Positions 22,982 to 33,383 are shown, counted from the first letter of the stretch. The stretch is DNA of 34,851 nt from Rozella allomycis CSF55 (GCA_000442015.1 KE561200.1:62001-96851), one strand, 5' to 3'. Notes: a model not told the origin generated them from the letters alone. Translations and numbers: made by a program.

Positions 22982-23054
22982 GCCTTCTTAGCTCAGTTGG
23001 CAGAGCGCATGCCTAGTAAGCATGAGGTCGAGTGTTCAAATCCCTCAGAAGGCA
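22982..23054 (+). tRNA. tRNA-Thr (AGT)
   Basis: Acceptor stem GCCTTCT/AGAAGGC-A, D-arm TAGCTCAGTTGGCAGAGC, anticodon stem CATGC-CT AGT AA-GCATG, T-loop TTCAAAT (one T-stem mismatch), and a T5 terminator about 10 nt downstream. Confidence 0.93.
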
Positions 23055-23096
23055 TATGTTACCTTTTTGGACTTTGTTTTCTATTTGTAAACAATA

Positions 23097-26000
23097 ATGC
23101 AAATGCAAGTTTTGCAGTCTACTAATATTCCCTGGAGCAATATTCTTTCATTTAACTTATTGAAACAACGAAACGATCCTATTTTTGATGAATTGATTGA
23201 CTCATTAATTGACAGCAATGCAACAAAGGATGATTTAAAGCGTTCTATTGATGAATGGGTTAACCTGTTTAATGTAAAGGGTTAAAGGATACAATATAGT
23301 TTATGAAGCAGGGTCTTATCCTTCGCACAGAGTATTTGGCCACGGCAGATGAAGAGATCACCCAACTTCAGGTATAAGTTTCCATAGAACTGGAAAGAAT
23401 GAAATTGATGCCCTAAAAATAAAATCAAGCCCTGACCAGATTTTTTTCGACAGAAATATCTCGGATTATGAAAGTCGACTGCAGGAATTGCAAAACGAGC
23501 TGACCGTATAACATAATATTGTACCTTTCCCATAGAATGCCCAAATTCAAAATTCAAAATATGAAGACCAAGTTATGGAACTGAAAGAAGAAAACAGAAG
23601 GTCCCAAGGTATGCAATGAAACTTCTACCATAACAAGATCTTTTGTGTGAAGAGTTGTCTAATGAGAATAAGACATTGGAGAGTGAAATTAAATCACTAG
23701 AAGACACTTTGCAGAAAGAAAGACTTGATTCTTTGAACCAATTACAAGTAAATGATTGATATTGCCAATATTATGAGTTTGAAACTAAAATTGAACGAAT
23801 ATGAACTCAAGTTGGATCAGTCAGAAAAGGAAATAAAGAATTATAAAAGCTCTCTTCAAAAAATAAAGGATCAGCTATCTTTAAAGAAGGAGCAAGATGA
23901 TGAATACAAAAAGATAATTAGAGACAAAAATTCAGAGGCATCTAGGTATTTGAAAGAAATCGAGGACACAGTACGCAAATACGACTCACTGAAACTGGAA
24001 AATGATAATAATATACTCTGTCTAAAGAAATTGAGGGACGATTATGAAAAGTAAGAAAGAAAATTACCTTACATCTTGAGTTTGAGAAACGAAAAAAGAG
24101 AACTTGAAATTGTCGTACAAGAAAATGACACATTGCTAAGATCATTAGAGAATGACAAGCAATCTTTAGAACGGAAATTAAATGAAGCATTGGCTAAACT
24201 GGAAGAGAGAAACAACTTGGATGAAGTTGTATTTGATGAAATAAAAGAGCAAATTGCGGAATGGACTGTAAAGATACTTTTGTATTTACCAAAGGATGTT
24301 CTAGAAACAAAAGAAAAGGAGATATGCCGATTGATTGATGAAAACGAGCGATTGAAAAATGATATGATTAAAAAGAATATAGAGTTAGAGGAATATGGAT
24401 TTAATCTACAAACAATCGTTGAAAAGGACGAAAAGATAAAGGAGCTTTCTGACGCACTTGATGATGCATATCAAGACTTTGAGGCCCTTGGAGGGACCAT
24501 GGTGAATATAGAATCACAAAGCAGGGAAAGAATATCTGAAAATGGAGAAATTAATGATTTGGCAAATAAATTGCGACATCAAATAAAATTAAACGAGGAT
24601 TTAGAAAGTCGTTGTGTACAATTGGAAACAGAAATAGTTCATTTTCGTTCAATGATTTACCGATACGAAAGTGGTAAATATTTATAGTTAGTTGAAATAG
24701 GTGAGTATGGATTGACTGAAGCAAACCATGAAATCTCCAAATTAAAGAAATCAATTCTAACGAAAGATAATGAAATAAATGAGCTTGTGCAAAATGTAAA
24801 TCATTTAGAACACGAAGTAAAACTTGATATGGAATTAAAGAGATCAACGACCTGGTCGAAGAGAATTTAGCGATAAAGGAAAAATACAATGTCAATGAAA
24901 ATGAATTAAGGAAAACAACTAGAGCATTAAGGGCTTTAGAGAGTGAAAAATTAAGGGCGGAAAACTATCAGTTGAGAAAAGAAATTGACGACTTGGAAGA
25001 AGAAAGGATCAAGCTGAAGAATCAAATCAGAGTCAAAGTTAAAGAAAAGGCTGAAGGTGCATTAAGCATTGGAATGAAAGTTACGGATATATTATATCTT
25101 GAAGAAGGAGTTCAACATGAACCCCAAGCGGAAGAAAATACGAAAAAGTTTGTTCAAAATGAACAGTTAAGGTTTTCAGACAAGAATATAATGACAGACA
25201 ATTTAACACAAATAAAAGATGATAAAAAAGTAACTAATTCATTCGTACAGTCCTCATTTGACAAATTTGAAAAAGCCATACAATCTGAATTGTCGACGTC
25301 CGAGCAAGAAATCCAAACGGTATTTTTTCAAAAGGGCCAGTCAATTCAAACGATTGAGCAAGGAGTCGGAGATTCTAAATATATCAAAGAGCTTGAAGAT
25401 CGATATGAGCAAATTAAAGAGAAATTAAGAAATGTTTTAAACAAGAGAATTCAAGAAGATGAAGAAAATAATTCTAGATTCATCGATTTGACTGACAAAG
25501 TAACCTTCAATTTAAAGTAAAAGAGTATGAAAATGAAATTAACCAATTGAAACAAGTGATAGAGAGTTATTCAAAAGGTGAACATCCCATAAATCAATTC
25601 TATAAAGCTTCCATGGAAACCCTGGAAGAGCAATTGAAATACAAGGAAAAGATAATTTTCAATTTAGAGAAACTATTGAAAGAGGCGCAAGNAGAGACAC
25701 TATTGAAAGAGGCGCAAGAATCGGTTTATGAAAAATTGGAAACTCGTAAATAAATATGCTTTCATAGAGTTAGAAAAAAATGAATTAAAGAATTACTATG
25801 ATACTTTAAAGGAGAAAAAAAATCTCCTTGTATCTCAAAGCCTGGTTGAGAAACCAGTTCAACTAGAACCTCAAAATAACTTGTAAACAAACAAAAGTTT
25901 CATAATAGCAACGACATTCGAATGCTAAAACAAGATTTTCATCAAACTGTAAAAATAAAAGTAAAGCAAAATGATCTTAATTAAAGGAATATGAAATCGA

Positions 26001-27568
26001 AACCCTTCAATTAACAATAAATACCCTGGAAAGAGAATTGAATTTAGAAAAACAGAAACATTCTTCATTAAATAAAGCCTTAGATCAATTGAAACATCAA
26101 ACAGACGAAAAAGATCTTGAAATTAAGGACTTGCAAAGAAAGGTAAGCACCTATAACGTTATGTAAAAGGTGGCCTTCTTGAAGCAAAAAGGAAAGAGTG
26201 AATTAGAGAAAGAAAAGAAGGATCTAGAAAGAATATCTTTAGAAAAGGAAAAGCTTCGTGTTGAAAATGAACAAAGAATATTGAAGAGATCAAATTCTTC
26301 ATTAACTGAAATCTCTAAATACAAGAGAGAAATGGAAAAGATGAAAGAGGAAATCAAAGAAAAAGAAAATTTGATCAATGAACTTTACCAAATAAAGGAA
26401 CAAAAAGATAAAATGGCCAATGATTTGGTAAAGAAGAGTGTTTTTGCCACAAATTGTTCAATTAAAATATCCAAATTACAAAATCAAATTTCTGATCTAA
26501 AAGAGGAAAATGCTAGAATAAAAGAAAGAGGTAATGTTCTATTGTGAATTTTCAGAGTTGATCTTAATGAAAAAGAGAGACCAGAAACAACAAGAGTAAA
26601 AACTTGGGAAGCCGAAAGAAAACTTCAAAGAAAATTAAAAACATGTCAAATTCAATTAGAAGAAACTGTATCAAAGTTAAGATCGAAAGAATCTGAAATC
26701 AATTCTCTAAAGGACTTGATTCAAAAACAAGCAACACCGTCAAATAAAAATGAAGTTGAAAAATTTAATCATTTACTAAAATCAATCGAATCTAAAAGTT
26801 TGGAAATCAAAAACTTAAAATCCCAATTGGATGCCCTGGAAAGCAAAGACTTTCACGACGAATTGAAAGCATCGAAAATCAAAGATTTAGAATCACGAAT
26901 AGAACATTTAATGGATATTTCCGAATCGTCGCGTGAAATTAAAGACTACTTGACAGAGATCGGCAATTTAACAAAAGAGGTTGTAGAATGGAAAAGTAAA
27001 TACGAAGCTGCCCAATTCGAGCAAACCAAAAACCAAAAAGAAATTGACCGCTTAAATCATAATATTAAAGATCTAGAAGGTCTTCTATTCACTAAAGAGA
27101 AGGCCAAGAAAATGTCTCTCGAATTGGAATCATTGAGAAAGGAAAATACAGAATTAAAAAATTGTCTTCTTGAGACTTCTAAATTTGAAAAGTAATGAGC
27201 GCTTTTCATAAATAATAAAGCCTTCAAGAAGAAAACCAAAAACTAATGTCTGAAATTTCTGTATTGAAATCTAAACTCCAGTCGTTTACAGGGTCTTCTA
27301 CAGTCGCACCCAAGAAGAAATGGGAATTCGAAGTAAGATTTTAATTAAATATTTAAACTAGATCGAGTCACTTCAATCGCAAGTTCAAAGTCTGTCAGAA
27401 AAATTAGAGAAACCCAAATCAGACGATTTTGAAAGTTTAAGACAAAAGGTTCAAAAATATGAAGACTCTAATGTTTTGTTGATCAACGAATTGAAAGAAA
27501 TCAGGGATAGTTATCAACTAATTAAGGCAGAGAATCTTAGACTCAAACAAGCCAAAAGTTTTGAATAA
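23097..27568 (+). CDS. CEP290: Centrosomal/ciliary transition-zone protein CEP290-like long coiled-coil; about 17 introns
   Basis: YESG/EYGLTEANHEISKLK...KDNEINELVQNVNHLE and LRAENYQLRKEIDDLEEERIKLKNQIR match the conserved CEP290 block as I recall it (YESGVYGL...RAENQILLKEIESLEEERLDLK). N-terminal NIPWSNIL and C-terminal WEAERKLQ also fit. Confidence 0.8.
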
Positions 27569-27656
27569 TCAATAAAAAATATTTCATTTTGTCTTCGCAT
27601 CCTTCTTATTTTTTCCATTTGTTTCCGCGAAATATCCGATATCTTAATTCAAGATC

Positions 27657-28821
27657 ATGCAAATTACGTTCGTCTTGGATAATGGACAGTTGAACACTAT
27701 AGACGTTGATAAATCCTTGAATGTAAGACTAAGAATTATTGCTTACAGATTTCAAGTTTAAAAGCACTTTTGGAGTCTGAAATGAAGATTCCACGCAGAG
27801 AAATCGTCTTAATTTACAACGGGAAAGAGATATCCAACAACGATCTTACCTTGGAACATGCCGGGATATCGAATTTCGACGTAATAACAATCCGTAGAAA
27901 GCAAAGTCAAATCCCTTCAGCACCTAACGTAACTGGAAGTAATCAAAATACGTTACAAAATATGTTACAAAACCCAGAACTAATGAGACAATTTCAGCAA
28001 ATGGTAAAACGTTTAATTCTGTATTTTAGATTTCAAACCAACAGATGCCAGGATTAGGAACCAATGATAGCATGAGCTTAGATTATCAAAAAAGGTTGGA
28101 AGAAAATATAAGAATGCAAAACGTTCAACAAAATATGGAATTGGCTATGGAATATTATCCGGAAATGTTTGGAAGTATTACCATGTTGTACGTAAATTGT
28201 CAAGTAAACGGAATTAACATCAAAGCTTTTGTTGATTCTGGGGCCCAAATGACAATTTGTAAGAAAAGTGTTTTACTTTTATTAGTGAACAAACAAACGG
28301 CTGAAAGATTGGGATTAATGGAGCTCCTAGACACACGATATCAAGGGAAAGCAGTCGGTGTTGGAACGGCCAATATTATAGGCAGGATTCACGCCGCAAC
28401 ATTGAAAATCGGAAATCAGCATTTGATGTGCTCGTTTACAGTAATGGAAGGCCAAGGTGTCGAATTTCTTTTCGGTTTAGATATGCTAAAAAGGCATCAA
28501 GTAAAAAAAGCATATTTCACCTGAAAGGCTAAAATTGATCTTGAAAAGAATTGTTTGAACATAAATGGTGAAGAAATCCATTTTCTTCCAGAGTCAGAAA
28601 TACCATTAAGTGGTTTAGCCAAGTCACCTTTACCATCACCTCAAGTGAAAGACCATCCAACCTCATCATCAAGTAAATCAACGTCCTTTGATGAAGACAC
28701 AATTCAAAATTTAATAAACTTGACTGGTGCAGGGAGAGATAATGTTATAGAAGCGCTGAAATTAGCTCAAGGTAATCCAGACCTTGCAGTTAGTTATCTC
28801 ATGGAACTTCATAATAAATAA
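27657..28821 (+). CDS. DDI1: DNA damage-inducible protein 1 (UBL - retroviral-like aspartic protease - UBA); 4 introns
   Basis: AMEYYPEMFGSITMLYVNCQVNG..KAFVDSGAQMTI, GVGTANIIGRIH, FLFGLDMLKRHQ, and C-terminal UBA AQGNPDLAVSYL. Confidence 0.96.
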
Positions 28822-28830
28822 AATTGATTT

Positions 28831-29925
28831 TTATTTTAAAAATCTTTTCAGACATTCTAAATTCCCACAATCACGAGCAACATCCAAAGCCGTCTTCCCT
28901 TGATAATCCTTTTGTTCAAGAAAGTGACTGCTAAAATGTATATCCTTGAAAATTTGTTTGAATATTGTGTCGCATGAGCTAATTAGCGCTAGAAAATGAA
29001 GAACAGTGGACTTTGAAAAATCTTGGCTATTTAATATCCACTGCGATTCATCGTTGTATCTCTCTCTTCTTTTATCAATTATCAATTGAAGCGTAGCTGG
29101 CATTTTATTCTTGACTGCAAGCAATACAGCGTTACATCCATCAAATGCTCTAGCATCCATGTCAACGTTGAAAGTTAATAATTCTTTAACGAAAAAAGTA
29201 AATCCATTTTCCACTGCTAATAAAAATGGTGTCCTGCCCATCCTATCACACGATTCTAGCCACCTCTTGTCTTTCTCGCAACAAAGTTTGATGACACTCC
29301 AGTATCCATATTTAGCTGCTTGATAAAGTGGCGATACCTTGTGAGAAAATGAATTATTCAAGTAAACAGATCTCCATTTTTCACTAAAATCATCAGCATT
29401 CCCTTTGATAATGTCCCATTTTGATATAGCGGGAAATGTATCAATATTAATAAGAGCAATAGCAGAAACGGATAATTTTGCAAACAATAGTCTTCCAAGT
29501 TTTCTTTTAGTCAATCCATAGATAACAGGTATATTTTTTGACTTGCATTTTTCAATGATGCTGTATACCGAACAGTAAAAGTGATCTATCCTTGAAGACT
29601 TAAGAAGATACCAGCTTCAGTATTTTTAGACAACTGGATATTGGTAGCCATGATTACACCAAACACCCTTAGTTGCGATTTTTCAAGCTGCTTCTGAATT
29701 TCTTTCATACCCACGATAACATATCTTTCGTTGAGGTTAGGATAACTTACTTGTTTTGATCATTAAGAAGGTTACATTTATGCAAGGCTGTTTGGGATTG
29801 CCAGACCTCGTTTATTAGATCAAAGAGTTGGTTTTCAAAGGTTTCAGTTATGATTTGTGTGACATACCAAAAAAGTATAAAAATTAAAGTTACGGTTGAA
29901 TTACTCGACAATTTTGTTCTTTCAT
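28831..29925 (-). CDS. SECIS-binding protein 2 (SBP2)-like L7Ae RNA-binding domain fused to C-terminal ankyrin repeats; 3 introns of 26 nt
   Basis: Spliced: (MKEQNCRVIQP)YVTQIITETFENQLFDLINEVWQSQ...KYVIVGMKEIQKQL...VIMATN...SIIEKCKSKNIPVIYGLTKRKLGRLLFAKLSVSAIALINID, then ankyrin motifs SPLYQAAKYG, GRTPFLLAVENG, GKTALDVA. Introns at 29586-29611, 29725-29750 and (non-canonical) 29868-29893. Confidence 0.72.
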
Positions 29926-29947
29926 AAAATTTCCAAAAGAATCAAAA

Positions 29948-30021
29948 TGTTTTCATCCAGACTTGAACTGGAGGCCTTCTGCGTGTTAAGCAGATGTGAT
30001 AACCAACTACACCATGAAAAC
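29948..30021 (-). tRNA. tRNA-Val (AAC)
   Basis: Minus strand GTTTTCATGGTGTAGTTGGTTATCACATCTGCTTAACACGCAGAAGGCCTCCAGTTCAAGTCTGGATGAAAACA: acceptor GTTTTCA/TGAAAAC, anticodon stem TCTGC-TT AAC AC-GCAGA, T-arm TCCAG-TTCAAGT-CTGGA. Confidence 0.94.
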
Positions 30022-30090
30022 TTGAATTTGAAGAAATTAAAGAGGGTCAAATTAAATAACTTTAAGGGTAGGCATAAAAGACCTTCTTTA

Positions 30091-32050
30091 TTATATTGGA
30101 GTCGTTTGCTCTTGCAGCCACTCGACGCACTCTTTTTCAAGAAGTGGTGAAACCTTCTCGTAGACCTTCTTGTGATACGCATTAATCCAGGCGATTTCGT
30201 CTGTTGTCAATAAGCTTTTCGTAATCAACTTTTTATGAATGGGAACCTTTCATGATAGCTTTAATAAGCGACTTACAACAGTGACAGCCTCAAATCCTAG
30301 AAATGAGTCGCCCATAACTGTGTATTTTGGAGTTACTTTCTTGACGACCAAAACATTTTCAATTCTAATACCGAATTTTCCGTCTTCATAATATCCAGGT
30401 TCTATTTTAAAATAAATTGTATCTTTTTACCATTGGTTACAGTCATATTAGGCTTTAATGGAACATTGTTGTAACCAATTCTTGGTCCAATTCCTTGTGG
30501 GCCTTCATGGACATTCAAAAAGCTTCCAACTCCGTGCCCCGTCCCGTGTCTGTAATTCAAGCCAACTTTCCACAGTGCAGATCTTGCCAGGCAATCAATG
30601 CTGTAGCCAGTAGTGCCTTCTGGAAAAATTAAAGAATCAATTGCAATATGTCCTTTCAAAACTCTTGTGAAACATTCCTTCTCATAATCAGTTGGGTTTC
30701 CAAAATGCACTGTTCTTGTAACATCAGTAGTGCCGTCAAGAAATTGTGCCCCTGAATCACATAAATACATTTCATTGACAGATAAATTTCTAGCGGACTC
30801 CTTTTTGGCATGATAATGGATGACTGCACCATTGGGCCCAGAACCTGAAATTGTATCAAAACTAAGCCCCTTAAAGTGCTTAACCTTTTCTCTAATAGAT
30901 TCCAATTTATCAGATACAAATACTTCATCCATAATTTTTCCATTTAACATTTCTTTTTCCAACCAACAAAAGAATGTACACTAATATAAACCAAAAAATG
31001 GCAATACCAAAGCAGCAGCGTCCCTTATATGGCATTGACGAAATCCTTCAATCTCAACATCGTTTTTTATAGATTTTAGCAAAGTTAATGGAGAAGGAGA
31101 TACAACTTTAACCTTTTCTTGATCCACTTGTTTTACCAACGCTACACTACATGTCGGCCCAACAAGAAAACTATGATCCTTAAAGTTCTCCAAATCTTCA
31201 AAGATTTGATCATAATTTTTTAATTCCACACCCTTTAACAAACTCAAAGCCTCCTTTTCAACTTGATCGACTTGACAGTAAATGATACAATCACTTTTAG
31301 TGATCAAAGCATACGAAAAGAAAACTGGATTCATTGGAACATCACTACCTCTTAGATTAAACAACCCTATAACAAATAAACGTCAAACGTTACAGGCAAT
31401 TTCATCAAGACTGGAAATTAAGTAGCCTTCGCTACTATTTTTCTCCAATTCTTTTCTAACATTTTCTAGTTTTTCTTCAAACGATTGGCCTGCAAATTGC
31501 AATGGTAAATTGAAGATTTTCTTATACTCTGGAGTTGGTCTGTTCTCCCATACTTTATCAATTAAATTTTCGGTTATATAAACCATTTCTATATTCTTAT
31601 ATTCTTGTTTCCTTGTTGATTCTATATCAATAAAAGATATACACTACCAAATGTAACAAGACGGGGGTCCACTCCAACACGCACGGTTTTTCCTGGAAAC
31701 ATTTTAGTGAGCCATTCTTGCCAACTAGGTGTTTCAGCCAATCCTTGTTTCATCAATGTCCATTCATTTTGATTAAGTTCTTGCGAAGCTTGTAAGAAAT
31801 ATCTTCCATCCGTCCACAAGGCGGCCTTTTCTTGAGAAATAACAGCGAAACCAGCTGAGCCCGTGAAACCAGAAATAAATGCTCTTCTAGCATCCCACGG
31901 TGCAATATATTCACTCTTAAACGTTTAAAACAATGTGTTAAATACCTGATGTGCGTCTTCAGAAGGAACAAAATAAGCATGCACATTGTACATTGGTAGT
32001 TTCATTAGTTCCCTCAAGTTTTTCAGTGATTTTGAGCGAACGGAAGTCAT
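30091..32050 (-). CDS. Xaa-Pro aminopeptidase 1 (aminopeptidase P, M24 family; XPNPEP1/Fra1-like); 6 introns
   Basis: [83 protein letters not shown]. Confidence 0.95.
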
Positions 32051-32096
32051 TTAAGAAAATTCAAAATCTTAATTGATTGAAATGGTCACGAAAAGT

Positions 32097-33155
32097 TTAT
32101 TTTGTTTTAGCGATTTCAGTGCCCCCTTTAGCACCAAGCATTCTTTTAATGTCTCCATAGATTGCAAATTGTCCAGCTGTTAAACTTCCAACCTAATTAT
32201 TTTTAAGAGATTCAATATTTACCATTACAATACGTGGACCAAGACCAAGGAACAAACCTCTTGGTCCCAAATCTTTTGCAATTTTTATTAGTCTTGTCAT
32301 GATTCCTTCTGCAGATGATCCCTTTGTCTTGTTTATTTTTGAAAGGAGGGTGTCTGCTGGCTGTGACACAATCGCGGCACAAGTTCCAGCAATTAAACCG
32401 CTTCCCAAGTTTACTGAAGTAACCATTGAATTTGAGAGATTTTCTTTTGGTGTAGAAAGGCTTTGATAGATCTTTTCAGATACAACTTCGTAGACGGCAA
32501 ACTTTGTCATTGTGTAAGGAACCTGTTTGAGGACAATAGGTCTAATATCAGATTTAAATTTAATGATTACCCAAACCCTGAGTAAAATCCTCTGAGAACT
32601 CCTTCTTCTTTTAAGATTCTGCCAAACCCAGTCAAAAGGCCACTTGCGAAACCAGGTTGAGAAACGAGTCGAATTCTTGTAGCTTCTAATGGACACAATG
32701 CGACATCAGCAATAAATTCAGCCAATGCACTTCCAGCCAAGTAAATAGCAATTCTATTTTGTTGAGCAGTTTCCATGCCTAGTCCTTCCACCAACTTCTT
32801 TTTAAAAAACTCGTACCCTCCAAATTTTAAAGCACCTTGAAGAAAATAACCGGCAAAAGTTGGTCCTATTTAATGATTGGTGGGATGATTACCGAATCCT
32901 GTTGCGAGTGCGCCGATGCCTTCAGATTTTACAATTTGTTGAGCCGAGCGCAGCATGCCTTGATTGTAGATGGTTGGTTCTAATTGTATTCTAGTTTTGA
33001 CGACATCCACTGGCGTGAGAACACCTTGATTAGTGAATGATAAAATTGGTACCATGGGTAATAGCGCAGCATAGAGCACCAGCTACAGCGAATCGAGAAT
33101 ACAAGTCTATTCCGGTAGGATTTGGTCCATGTGATGGTGCAGATGAATCAGGCAT
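32097..33155 (-). CDS. MIR1: Mitochondrial phosphate carrier (SLC25A3/Mir1 family); 4 introns; start codon uncertain
   Basis: [80 protein letters not shown]. Confidence 0.93.
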
Positions 33156-33383
33156 TGATACTGTTGCTAAGCCGGGGTTGTGAAAATCCGAGTATCTAAA
33201 TGGAAATGTTGGAATCACAAAGGAGAAAAATGAAAAGATTAAAAGGAGAAACAATGCTACAGAATATTAAATAAAAATATTAACATTTAATAGTATAATA
33301 CAAGAAACCGAAAAATATACACTCTCATATTCAATAATTTTTTATACAATTGTAAATATTTTTTATTCCATTGTAAATATTGT

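Noticed and set aside
28045-28524. Retroviral-like aspartic protease as a retrotransposon remnant
   Set aside because: It is the RVP domain of DDI1, flanked by UBL and UBA domains.
29896-30182. ORFs 29896-30150(+) and 29922-30182(-)
   Set aside because: They overlap the tRNA-Val gene and the last aminopeptidase exon, so they are spurious frames.
2749-33079. Many short antisense or off-frame ORFs (e.g. 2749-3060, 6647-7018, 12060-12356, 17853-18257)
   Set aside because: They are shadows of well-supported genes on the other strand or frame.
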